Both the position numbers and the translations under genes were made by a program. A stretch of 64,000 nucleotides of DNA from an uncultured Bacillaceae bacterium (GTDB lineage Bacteria > Bacillota > Bacilli > Bacillales > DSM-1321), in assembly GCA_963751845.1 (NCBI GenBank), contig CAVVWH010000015.1, positions 10,578 to 74,577 on the forward strand. Direction: 5' to 3'. Below are positions 10,643 through 20,566 of this stretch, piece by piece (the first letter of the stretch is position 1; every line of letters starts with the position of its first letter). The notes under the pieces are model-generated. The model made no database searches. It was given only the letters and a program-made list of their open reading frames with translations, and had not been told where the DNA came from.

Positions 10643-10844
10643 TCTATTCCTCCTAAAAAACCTAGAGTCTATAGTTATAATGTAATCGAAATTTAACAGG
10701 ATTATACAATAGAGGAGGGAATATATTTCAAATATAAATGTATAGATATCGCGGAGAGAGGAATGTTTGTTTATATTTATAATAAAAAACCTACTCCGGA
10801 AGGAATAGGGTCAAGTAATGAAAAAATATAAATCAAGAAATCGA

Positions 10845-11453
10845 TTATGGTTTCTCATTCCTTTGAATTTTCTGCCTTTTTGTCGAGGTGGTCATACCAC
10901 CAGATAGAATAAATTTCATCGCCTCTTCAGGTTTCACGTCAATGATTTCTACTTGATCTTTTGGAATCAATAAAGTGAAACCAGCTACTTGAAAGGTTTG
11001 TTGAATATACACGGCGACATAATCCTTTAATGAATTATGAAAATCTTCTAAGTCTTCTGTCGTAATAAATCCAATGCTTTTCATATCTGTACCTGGAATT
11101 GTAATCAAGGCTACTTTAGAAAATGATTTTTTCTCACCCAGAAATGATTGGAAGGTGTCTTTAATAACTGAATAAATCGTTTTTACAAATGGTATTTTTT
11201 CAAGCAATTTATCAATTAATCTAATAACGGTTCCGGTAAAAAATTTAGTTGACATCCAACCCAATAGGGTAATTAAAATGATCGTAGTTAATAGTCCAAT
11301 CCCTGGAATATAATCTTCTTGCATATAGGGTCTTAGGACATTCCCAAGTATACTGTCTAAAAACATAAAGGCTTTATAGACAACATATATCACTAGAATA
11401 ATAGGCAGGATGGTTAAAACTCCGTTAACAAAACTTCGTAATATTATTTTCAT
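10845..11453 (-). CDS. DUF502 membrane protein
   Basis: Two TMs, IPxVKTIY and EEAMKFILSGG motifs. Confidence 0.85.
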   Translation of the reverse strand: MKIILRSFVNGVLTILPIILVIYVVYKAFMFLDSILGNVLRPYMQEDYIPGIGLLTTIILITLLGWMSTKFFTGTVIRLIDKLLEKIPFVKTIYSVIKDTFQSFLGEKKSFSKVALITIPGTDMKSIGFITTEDLEDFHNSLKDYVAVYIQQTFQVAGFTLLIPKDQVEIIDVKPEEAMKFILSGGMTTSTKRQKIQRNEKP

Positions 11454-11597
11454 TATTTTCTCCTAATCTAAAATGTATTGCTATCTGTATCCTTTAATAA
11501 TGTATGTATCCTTTTTCTAATATTATCGAAAAAATGGACATAAGAAAAGAACTTGTCATTTATATTGTGGTATCCAAAAACAGGTTCTTTGTTTATA

Positions 11598-11880
11598 TCA
11601 TTCTTGATTCGGTGTTAATGTATTTAGAATGGAATTAATATCTTGTGACGAACCAGAGGAAAGGATTGGTTTCATAATTTCACGAGTTGCAGCGGTACGT
11701 AGCAAGTTCTCAAACCTTGAGTCTGGAATTGTGTAATCGGTAGGTATAGCTGCATAAATAATATTCCAAACGAGCGGATCATACACCCTTGAGGTGTATG
11801 AACATAAAATGAGAATAGTGAATCATACATTTCTGTACCAAGACTTAATGTATTCCAGTTAGAATTCAGGGGACTAGCTA
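11598..11880 (-). pseudogene. 3' gene fragment, possibly a glycosyltransferase C-terminal extension
   Basis: ORF without RBS or proper start; lies in a decayed locus with a GT4 stub. Confidence 0.3.
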
Positions 11881-11896
11881 ATTCGAGAGGGGGGTT

Positions 11897-12247
11897 CTAT
11901 TGTCGTTTCTTCCGTATTTTTGCTATTTTTCTGCTATTTTCTAATAACTTAGCTTCATACTCTATGGCTAATTCTAGATTTGATTCCATATTACCTTCCT
12001 TTCCTAGTTTTTTTTGCTTGATAGCATTTTGAATTTTTTGATATTCGCTAATCATGTTATTTACAGTAGAAGGATTTATGGTCTCATTTTGTTTCATTTC
12101 ATCATAATCTGTATTTGAGTAGTTTGCCTTATCTGGGTCCTGCAAATTGACAGTTTCTACATATATGGTTCTTCCGTTTTGTTCGCACTGAACTTCCTGT
12201 AGGTATTGACAAAACGTCATTTTCGCAATACTTTGTTTACGATTCAT
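11897..12247 (-). CDS. Hypothetical protein, possibly truncated
   Basis: GGGAGG RBS; 116 aa; no family recognised. Confidence 0.55.
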   Translation of the reverse strand: MNRKQSIAKMTFCQYLQEVQCEQNGRTIYVETVNLQDPDKANYSNTDYDEMKQNETINPSTVNNMISEYQKIQNAIKQKKLGKEGNMESNLELAIEYEAKLLENSRKIAKIRKKRQ

Positions 12248-12290
12248 TGTTGATTCCTCCCAAACTTATTATAAACCTGAAGGATACGAT

Positions 12291-12335
12291 TCATCCATGA
12301 GGAAGATACCAATAAGTAGCTATCAGAATTTTCAA
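12291..12335 (-). pseudogene. N-terminal stub of a GT4-type glycosyltransferase (MKILIATYWYLPHG*)
   Basis: TTG start after GAGG; MKILxATYWxxPH is the typical start of Bacillus GT4 enzymes. Confidence 0.6.
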
Positions 12336-12527
12336 TTACATCTTCCTCTCTTGTTTATAAGACTATATATCCTATGTGCTTGTTTAATTATTTGGTAGGG
12401 CATTTTCACTATCTTCCAACTACCTAAACGTATAAACACCTAATTTTTTAACTTTAGGTCATTTATCCCTGTCGGTTTAACTAAGGAATCATAGCATGGT
12501 TATATGTTTGTACAAGAGTGAAAACAC

Positions 12528-12617
12528 TTGAGCAAGAATTCAAATTATAAAATTGTGGTTATCGGTTTGGGTTACGTATGCCTACCGCTTTCCAATATGT
12601 TTTTAGAAAATAGATAA
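12528..12617 (+). pseudogene. N-terminal stub of a nucleotide-sugar dehydrogenase
   Basis: Translates to MSKNSNYKIVVIGLGYVCLPLSNMFLENR*; matches the VIGLGYVGLPL Rossmann motif. Confidence 0.7.
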
Positions 12618-12665
12618 GATTACTTTAGACAATACCAACTTCTTTAAGGTAAGATTAATAAAGAT

Positions 12666-12719
12666 AAAAAATACAGTCTTAAAAGCGCTCGTCGTGCGCC
12701 TCAGTTCTCAAAACGTTAA
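12666..12719 (+). mobile_element. Orphan copy of the rpsI (S9) 3' end, att-core-like
   Basis: Translates to KKYSLKSARRAPQFSKR*, a decayed S9 C-terminus; no upstream rpsI; followed by a terminator and arm-type repeats. Confidence 0.85.
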
Positions 12720-12733
12720 TAATCAATGTTTCA

Positions 12734-12768
12734 AAGGCTCTCAACCAATTTGGTTGGGGGCCTTTTTA
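12734..12768 (+). terminator. Terminator following the rpsI 3' copy
   Basis: aaggctctcaaccaa-t-ttggttgggggcctt followed by T run. Confidence 0.75.
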
Positions 12769-12782
12769 TATTGAAAAAAAGG

Positions 12783-12890
12783 TTTTGGCCACATTTTGAC
12801 CACGGAACTTTTATTATCATTATATTTTTTCTATACGTAGCAGTAATGTTCGTCTCGTTTGGAAACCATGTGGTAAAAATTTGTGAAAAA
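12783..12890. repeat. Tyrosine-integrase arm-like repeats
   Basis: ttttggccacattttgaccac (12783-12803) and inverted, decayed atgtggtaaaaatttgtgaaaa (about 12868-12890). Confidence 0.5.
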
Positions 12891-13039
12891 TATATAGTTA
12901 TTGCCTAAGCAATTTCAGGAGTTGAGAATACATTAAAAAAGATAAACTACTTCAAAGTTATGTCAGAAAGAAGAGTTTCCAATAGCAATCAATTTATCTG
13001 TTTTTACAGAAAGTAATAGCAAAACTAGGGAGGAGAATC

Positions 13040-13822
13040 ATGAAAGTTGTTATTTTAGCAGGAGGATTTGGCACAAGAATAAGTGAAGAAACCCATTTAA
13101 AACCAAAACCTATGATAGAGATTGGTGATAAACCAATTCTTTGGCACATTATGAAATTGTATTCTAGTTATGGTTTTAACGAATTCATTATCTGTTTAGG
13201 TTATAAGAGTCATGTTATTAAAGAGTACTTTTCTAACTATTTTCTAAATAATTCGGATGTAACCTTTAATTTTGAAAATGAAAATAGTTGTATTATTCAT
13301 CGGAATTTGAATGAACCATGGAAGGTTACTTTAGTTGATACAGGTTTAAATACGTTAACAGGTGGTCGGATCAAGAGAGTACAGGATTATATTGGGAATG
13401 AACCTTTCATGTTAACATATGGGGATGGAGTTAGCGATGTTAACATAAAAGAATTAGTTGAGTTTCATCGGTCTCATGGAAAGCTGGCTACGGTAACAGC
13501 TACACAACCAAAGGGCAGGTTTGGAGCTTTGTCCTTGTCCTCTGACCAAAAAGTAGAGAAGTTTCAAGAAAAGGTACAGGGTGATGGAGGTTGGATAAAT
13601 GCTGGATTTTTTGTATTGCAGCCAGAAGTATTCAACTATGTAACTAATGGTGATCAAACGATATTTGAAAATGAGCCATTAGAGAACCTTGCCAAGGATG
13701 GTCAATTTATGGCATTTAAACATACAGGTTTTTGGCAGCCCATGGATACTTTGAAGGATAAACTATATTTACAAGAGATTTGGGATTCGCAGAAATGTCC
13801 CTGGAAAAATTGGAATCAATAA
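13040..13822 (+). CDS. rfbF: Glucose-1-phosphate cytidylyltransferase
   Basis: LAGGFGTRISEET, PKPM, TGGR, YGDG, FWQPMDT motifs. Confidence 0.95.
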   Translation: MKVVILAGGFGTRISEETHLKPKPMIEIGDKPILWHIMKLYSSYGFNEFIICLGYKSHVIKEYFSNYFLNNSDVTFNFENENSCIIHRNLNEPWKVTLVDTGLNTLTGGRIKRVQDYIGNEPFMLTYGDGVSDVNIKELVEFHRSHGKLATVTATQPKGRFGALSLSSDQKVEKFQEKVQGDGGWINAGFFVLQPEVFNYVTNGDQTIFENEPLENLAKDGQFMAFKHTGFWQPMDTLKDKLYLQEIWDSQKCPWKNWNQ

Positions 13823-13843
13823 ATGAAAGGGGGCTGTATAAAA

Positions 13844-14946
13844 ATGGATAAAAATAAAAATGAGACCATCTATCAAACAGATCTTCAATATATATACGAT
13901 CATCTTTCACAGTCCGAAAAGGAAAAATTGAAGGACGCATCGATTTTGGTTACAGGCTGTGCGGGATTTTTGGGTTATTATTTAATGTCTTTTCTATCCG
14001 AATACTCAGATGAATTAGAGATTAAAAAGGATTATTGGAATTGACAATTTTAAACTTGGAAAGCCTAAATGGGTTACAGAATTATGTCAATTAAACCCAC
14101 AGATTGAACTATACACTTTCGACATTACAGAGTTTTCATCATTTGATACGGGTAATATTGCTGATATTGATTTTATTATTCATATGGCTTCAATTGCTTC
14201 ACCCACCTTTTATCGAAAATTCCCTATAGAAACCGTAGATGCAAATATTTGGGGACTAAGAGCCTTGCTGGATTTTTATAAGGATAAAGACATTAAAGGG
14301 TTTCTATTTTTCTCAAGCAGTGAGGTTTATGGTGACCCTTTGCCAGAATATATTCCAACTTCTGAGGATTACAGAGGCAATGTTGCTATGATAGGACCAC
14401 GAGCATGCTATGACGAGGCAAAAAGATTTGGAGAGACAATTTGTTATTTATATGCCGAAAAATTTAACATGCCAATTTCTATTGTTAGACCATTTAATAA
14501 TTACGGACCAGGAATGAGACTGAATGATAAACGGGTACCAGCTGATTTTGCGAAAGCAATTGTTGAAAATAAGAAACTAATCATGTATTCCGACGGTAAA
14601 CCAACTCGAACATTTTGTTATGTGACAGATGCACTCACTGGATATTTAAAAGCATTACTATATGAACCTTTTGACTACTTTAATATCGGTATTGATAAAC
14701 CCGAAATTTCGATAAAAGAATTGGCTAGGATTTATAAAGATGCAGGCTCAGCTATTTATGGGTCTAATCAATCAATCGAATTTAGAGAATCTGAGGAGCA
14801 GAGTTATTTAACACATAATCCATTAAGAAGATGCCCAGATATTTCAAAGGCCAGAAAACTTTTAAATTATTCTCCTTCTATTTCAATTGTTCATAGGTGT
14901 GCCTCGTTTTCTAAACTTTTTGAAAGAAAGGGGAGAAATTCATTGA
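13844..14946 (+). CDS. NDP-glucuronate decarboxylase-like extended SDR, split by two apparent frameshifts (about 14030 and 14893)
   Basis: TGCAGFLG in the first ORF; ASIASP, SSSEVYGDP, RACYDEAKR, NNYGP, TRTFCYV in the second; shifted frame ends RFLNFLKERGEIH* at 14946. Confidence 0.8.
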
Positions 14947-16196
14947 TTACAGTTATTGGTCTTGGTTTTGTTGGATTGACAACAGCGTTAGGATTTACCG
15001 ATAAAGGATACAGTGTTTACGGATATGATATTGATCAGAAGAAAAAAGAGCAATTAACAAAAGGGAAGATTCCTTTTTATGAACCTTATCTTAATGAGAA
15101 ATTAGATCAGCACCTAAATAAAGGATTTAAGATTGTAGATGATTTACAGAAAGCTATAGACAATAGTGAAGTTATCTTTCTTTGTGTAGGAACTCCGAGT
15201 AAAACAGATGGAAGTGCGGATTTAGACTATATTTTGGATGCAATTAAAAATATAACTGTCTGTATAAAAAAGCCAGATTTCAAAGTATTGGTTATAAAAT
15301 CAACTATTCCTCCATCCACAACCAGTAAAAATATTAAACCATATATAGAAAATCTAGGTTTTAAGGTTGGTGTTGATATCGGCTTAACCAATAATCCTGA
15401 ATTTTTAAGAGAAGGTTATGCCTGGGAAGACTTTATGAATCCAGATCGAATTGTTATTGGCGAGGAAGAAGAGAAAAGCGGACAGATCATAGAAAAAATT
15501 TATGAGTCATTTAATGCCCGGGTCTATAGGGTTAGTTTAAACACTGCAGAATATATTAAGTATTTATCCAACACTTTGCTGTCAACACTTATTAGTTTTG
15601 CAAATGAACAGTCGTTAATTGCTAAGTTCATTGGAGATATTGATATAAAAAAATCCTTTCAAGTTTTGCATTCTGATAAAAGATGGTGGGGTATTCCTGC
15701 TAAAATGACATCCTATGTTTATCCGGGCTGCGGTTTCGGAGGTTATTGTCTGCCTAAGGATACTATGGCATTAATTAACCAGTCATTAAAGAACTCCTAC
15801 TCACCACAAATATTAACAGGAACCTTAAAAGTAAATGAGGCAATTAAAGAATTTGTTGTTAATGACGTGGCAGGAAAAGTAGAAGAGAATGAGGATATAG
15901 GGATTCTCGGTTTAGCATTTAAGCCAAATTCAAATGACATAAGGGATACACCGGCAAAATCAATTATTGAAGGTTTGTTACAAAAAGGACATAAAAATAT
16001 TATTGCTTATGACCCTATGGCCAATGAAGAGTTTAAAGAGGCATATGGCCTTCCTATTGAATATTCTCCTAACTTAAAATCATTACTTGCGAAAGTAAAT
16101 CATGTTGTTATTTTAACAGCATGGGATGAATTTTTAATAAATAGAGAATCAATAAAAAAGAAGAATGTTTTCGATTATCGTTATATATACGATTAA
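14943..16196 (+). CDS. UDP-glucose/GDP-mannose dehydrogenase family enzyme
   Basis: TTG start after AAGGGGAG; IGLGFVG, CVGTP, KSTIPP, NPEFLREG, GFGGYCLPKD, GLAFKP motifs. Confidence 0.92.
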   Translation: MITVIGLGFVGLTTALGFTDKGYSVYGYDIDQKKKEQLTKGKIPFYEPYLNEKLDQHLNKGFKIVDDLQKAIDNSEVIFLCVGTPSKTDGSADLDYILDAIKNITVCIKKPDFKVLVIKSTIPPSTTSKNIKPYIENLGFKVGVDIGLTNNPEFLREGYAWEDFMNPDRIVIGEEEEKSGQIIEKIYESFNARVYRVSLNTAEYIKYLSNTLLSTLISFANEQSLIAKFIGDIDIKKSFQVLHSDKRWWGIPAKMTSYVYPGCGFGGYCLPKDTMALINQSLKNSYSPQILTGTLKVNEAIKEFVVNDVAGKVEENEDIGILGLAFKPNSNDIRDTPAKSIIEGLLQKGHKNIIAYDPMANEEFKEAYGLPIEYSPNLKSLLAKVNHVVILTAWDEFLINRESIKKKNVFDYRYIYD

Positions 16197-16255
16197 TGAA
16201 CGATGATGAAAAACTGCTGGATTACTCATGTTTAGGGAAAAAGGGGTTTGGGCAA

Positions 16256-16306
16256 TTGAACCCCTATTATTGTTCAACGTTTAGTAAAGATTACACCTAT
16301 AGATGA
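16256..16306 (+). pseudogene. N-terminal stub of a sixth YfnD-like glycosyltransferase
   Basis: MNPYYCSTFSKDYTYR* aligns with MTHYYCSTYSKDYIYK of the paralogues starting at 20078 and 24660. Confidence 0.75.
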
Positions 16307-16453
16307 AGTAGTTCATAAAAATAGAAACATAATTTAATGAAAGTTTATGTTATATAACCTTCATTATCATCACAGTTATGAATAAAATAGTAACTACAGA
16401 TGAAAAAAGGAAAGCGTTTTCATATATCCTTTATTAATAGTAGGAGGGATATT

Positions 16454-17425
16454 TTGTCCAGCGAACAGTCAAATATAATAAGGGATAAGCATGGTAATGT
16501 CATTTCAATGGAAGAAATTCAGTGGGTATGCAGACAACATCATTTAGGGGAAATTACGCGAATCATTGGCGTTCTTCAAAATGGGACCAATGTACCGATT
16601 TTAGTTGAAACAGAAAAGGGAAAATATGTGTTGCGATATTTAACTCATTCTGCTCCAGAGGAACGAATAAACTTTATCGAGGATATTCTATTATGTTTGA
16701 AGGATGCCTCTATACCTGTTGTGAATGCAATTAAAAATGAAACCGGGGATTATTACTCTTTTATTCATAATAGAATGATCCAAGTGTATCCTTTTATAGA
16801 GGGTTCAAGATTTAAATTTGAGCCTGAACATATTAAGTCAAATGCAAGTATGCTTAATAAGTTCCATACCGCTTTAAACTCATATAAACAGGGGCCCTTA
16901 CCAGATGAATCTAATTACCCTACAGAAGAGAACCTCAAAAAAAGATTAACTCGTTTGTATCAAAATAAAGAGTCTATATCCAAATCCTCATTATCTAAAA
17001 TTGAATCCCTATACTCTACTATCATCGAGCTTTGGAAAAAGGCAGATAAAAATAATTTACTAGAAACCATTATTCATGATGACTGGCATCCTTGGAACCT
17101 TATTTATAGTGAGGATGGATCTGTTAGTTGCATTCTGGATTTTGATCTTATTCGTCCAGGAAAACGAATATATGATGTAGCCTATTGTATATATTGGATT
17201 TATCTGCTTTCACCCAATAAAATGAGTCAAACATATTCAAAAATGTTTATAGAAGGATATGAAGGGTTGACACCTGAAGAAAAGAATATCTTAACATTAG
17301 TAATTGCAAAAGTAGGGTTATTCTTTATTATAGAGTTCGTTTCAGATATAGAGAAACAATTAAAAGTAAATGATCCTTTAATTGAATTTTTTCTTAGTCA
17401 GGAGGGAAAAGAGTTCTTACTTTAA
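16454..17425 (+). CDS. APH/homoserine kinase II-like phosphotransferase
   Basis: IHDDWHPWN and LDFD kinase-fold motifs; TTG start after AGGAGG. Confidence 0.85.
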   Translation: MSSEQSNIIRDKHGNVISMEEIQWVCRQHHLGEITRIIGVLQNGTNVPILVETEKGKYVLRYLTHSAPEERINFIEDILLCLKDASIPVVNAIKNETGDYYSFIHNRMIQVYPFIEGSRFKFEPEHIKSNASMLNKFHTALNSYKQGPLPDESNYPTEENLKKRLTRLYQNKESISKSSLSKIESLYSTIIELWKKADKNNLLETIIHDDWHPWNLIYSEDGSVSCILDFDLIRPGKRIYDVAYCIYWIYLLSPNKMSQTYSKMFIEGYEGLTPEEKNILTLVIAKVGLFFIIEFVSDIEKQLKVNDPLIEFFLSQEGKEFLL

Positions 17426-17439
17426 ATTCGTTTCTTTTC

Positions 17440-17608
17440 TTCCTGTTGAAAGACTTATCACAACTAACACCAAATTTTGTGTTAGTAGAACCTCCTCTCC
17501 CTGACAGATACTCTAAAACAACCTTTTCCCTAAATTCACTTGAAAACTTGACCATACTAAAAACCCCCTAAGTTGGATTTCTTAGTCCAACTTAGGGGGT
17601 TCACATCA
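17440..17608 (-). mobile_element. IS3-family (IS150-like) left-end remnant
   Basis: End reads TGATGTGAACCCCCTAAGTTGGAC with an internal palindrome; ATG at 17555 gives MVKFSSEFREKVVLEYLSGRGG, an OrfA-type HTH start. Confidence 0.8.
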
Positions 17609-17636
17609 CCTCAGTATTTTAATAATGCCGAGAGGT

Positions 17637-18572
17637 TCAGTTATTGCTGTATTTATAGTAATGTATAGCTTTTTCTCTGCTTATCTTTTCGGCAAATCCA
17701 TAGGTGAAAGTATCATCAATGGACTTAACCCTCTCGATTGCTTTTTGAATTGCTCTTATATAGGGAATGTAAACATGATTTATAGTATCTTCGTTTACCC
17801 GAGAATAATTACATAAGTCAAACTCGAGCTCGTTTAGTAAAACAAAACCACTAAAATGATAAACAACGAGTTTTTGATTATTGATATATACCTCACCGTT
17901 ACTAACGTTAAAATCAGGGGTACTTTCATAATTTCCTTCATTCCATGGTCCTATATTGATTCCTGAGTCGTTTGATATTATAACACCTGAAAACAGCTCA
18001 GGCCATTTATTCAAATACTTTTGATCTGTCCACAGATCCTCCTCATGCCAATGAAAACACCATTCCAAACACTTCGTTCTCCACCATTCAAGGCATTGAA
18101 AAGCATTTGAATCTCTCTTAAAACCTATTAACCCTGCCTGGTATGTGCCTGAATCTTCAATATTTTTGGCAAGTCTTTGTTCGCATATAAAAATGGACCC
18201 ATCTCCCCATTGATTAAGGATCGGTTTTGGATCTGAGTAGAAATATAAATCTCCGTCAATATACATTATGGAGTTAACAAAATTATAGTTATTCAGGATA
18301 TATAGTACAAGGGGGGATTTTAAAGTAAAACTATACTCATGTGGTGTTCGAGACTTTTTTACGGAAAGAAGCTGCTCATCTTCTATACTCTCTAATGGAA
18401 TAAGGGTTACATTCTTTAAATTCATCCTTTTGAGGAATTGTAGAGAAATATCATCCAAGCAGCATATCCAGAGGTGAAAATTCTTTGCGTGCTTTTCTAA
18501 GGAGTCGTGTAGCGCTAGACCCTTTAATAAATACTCTTTTCCAATAATAGTGCAAAAATGATAGAATTCCAT
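17637..18572 (-). CDS. YfnD-like putative glycosyltransferase, copy 1 (311 aa)
   Basis: HFCTI start, YIDGD (DxD), WTDQKYL, YHFSG motifs; near-duplicate of 20567-21502. Confidence 0.8.
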   Translation of the reverse strand: MEFYHFCTIIGKEYLLKGLALHDSLEKHAKNFHLWICCLDDISLQFLKRMNLKNVTLIPLESIEDEQLLSVKKSRTPHEYSFTLKSPLVLYILNNYNFVNSIMYIDGDLYFYSDPKPILNQWGDGSIFICEQRLAKNIEDSGTYQAGLIGFKRDSNAFQCLEWWRTKCLEWCFHWHEEDLWTDQKYLNKWPELFSGVIISNDSGINIGPWNEGNYESTPDFNVSNGEVYINNQKLVVYHFSGFVLLNELEFDLCNYSRVNEDTINHVYIPYIRAIQKAIERVKSIDDTFTYGFAEKISREKAIHYYKYSNN

Positions 18573-18603
18573 ACTTATACTTAATCCTCCTACCTATTTG
18601 AAC

Positions 18604-20078
18604 TTAATCATAACTCCCTTTAATACATTTATCCCTCCACATCCAAAGGTATTTGAATGCGTCTTCCTCACGTTTGAATCCAATTAAGCTTGTCAAATTG
18701 ATTCCATACTCCTGTTGGGTATCCTGGTCAATTTCGTTCTTCCAAATGAAAACTGGATTTTCATTCCATTTGCTGAATGCATTTGTCACATTAGAATCAA
18801 AACGTGCGTCCGGATCAGCATATATCATATAGTGGATACTATAATTGTTCTTTAAAATGTAATATATCAATGGTGCTTTTAAAGTCCAACGGTATTCAGA
18901 TGCATTGCGAGTATTCTTTACATTTAAAAGTTCCTGATCCTCAATATTCTTAATATCTATTAGAATTACATTTTCTAATTCCATATTAGCTAGTGTATGA
19001 TAGGTGATATCATCCAAGCAGCATATCCAGAGACAGGTTTTTTCTGCATGCTTTGTTAGGGATATTGTAAAATTCCAAGCCTTCAGACAAATCTTTCTCA
19101 CTGATGATTGTACAGAAGTTATACCTGTCCTCGTATCCATCTATATTACTCGCCAGATTGAAATAATTTTTAATGATTCTACCGTTTGGAGTCTGTTTAT
19201 AATAAAAATCCTTATCAATATTAGAAATGATATCCATTACCTCATTACACGCTTGGATATAAGGAACAAATATCCATTGTATAATCTGATTCGTGGGGGA
19301 ATGGCCATGCGCACATAAATCAAACTCATTTCCATTAAAATATTTGAATCCATAGTAATGGAATAATATCAGTTTATCTTCCATTGATATATAGATTATC
19401 ATCTTCTTTGGTAACCGTATTTTGAGATGAAATATACAGGTTGGCGTTAATTCCAAGATTCCCTGCAACACCAACATTATCAAACCTGGTTACCCAATCA
19501 TTTACGTACATCTGGTCGCTCCATCTGCCTTTTTCCGGTTTATCAAAGCACCATTCAATTAATTTTTCTCTAAACCATTGAAGGCATCGAAGCGCATTTT
19601 GATCTCTCTTGAATCCCATAAAACCAGTATTGTAAACTCCATATATCTTACTTAACCATTCATATTTTCCTTTATATTGCTCCTCTGTTAGAAATACGGA
19701 GTAATTGCCCCACTCATCAAATATGGGTTGGGGATCTGAAAGAAAGGCTGTATCACCGTCCAACCATATAATATGGTCCAGCTCAGAAAAGTGATTTAAT
19801 AGGTATAACATAATCGATGCCTTACTCGTCCAAATATATTCTTTATCATTACGTGTGCTTTTTATATTTGCCAATTCCCAATCATCATTTTCTACATCTT
19901 TCATACTTATCAGTGTTGCGTTACTCAGTTCCATTTTTTCCAATAAGTATTTCACTTCATCCTGTGCACATATAATAAAGAAATGAAAATCCTGATCATA
20001 TTTTTGTAATGAATTATATAAGACCAATCCCTTATAAATATAATCCTTGCTATAGGTTGAACAATAGTAGTGTGTCAA
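18604..20078 (-). CDS. Long YfnD-like glycosyltransferase (1.5 domains), copy a, with two frameshifts
   Basis: Three ORF pieces rebuild a paralogue of 23182-24660; extra bases near 19380 and 19062. Confidence 0.8.
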
Positions 20079-20242
20079 AACTTTAACACCCCTTAATAGC
20101 GCAAGTATAGTACTTATTTAACACAAGTAATATTTCTTTCTAAATGTAGCTCCTGGATATTAATGCATCAAGGAGTAATGATTGCTTCTTAAAACACTCT
20201 AGTTTTTAACTAAACCTTTATCTTTGTATCAGCTAACTAATT

Positions 20243-20272
20243 TAGATTATGTTGCTGGTGAAAAAATGTTAC
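20243..20272 (-). promoter_or_regulatory. Putative mother-cell (sigma-K/E) promoter
   Basis: AACA-N15-CATAATCTA, conserved as CATATTCTA at 24826-24855. Confidence 0.45.
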
Positions 20273-20566
20273 GAAAAAAACATGTACAATAACAATTTTC
20301 AATCGGGTCCGTTATTGGTGAATATACTATTCTTTTAAAAAAGAAGATTAAAAAGAGCGGGATCATAATAGCAAGCTAAAAGATAAATGTTGGGGGATTG
20401 ACCATCTTCCAAGTTTAAAATATAAGCGAAGGCACTTGTGCAAACACTCTCAGAGGAAAGTGTTTCTTCGTATACGTTCTGACATAGTTAAGGAGTGGTT
20501 ATTCCACCGAGAATAATCGAAGTTCACAGTTCTAAGAACCTCAGTATTTTAATAATGCCGAGAGAA

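Noticed and set aside
12726-12908. 60-aa ORF after the rpsI copy
   Set aside because: Runs through a terminator and arm-like repeats, has no RBS; probably spurious.
14184-16196. Apparent 670-aa decarboxylase-dehydrogenase fusion
   Set aside because: A one-base shift near 14893 restores a normal SDR C-terminus ending at 14946, overlapping a TTG start with its own RBS at 14943. The fusion is most likely an indel artefact.
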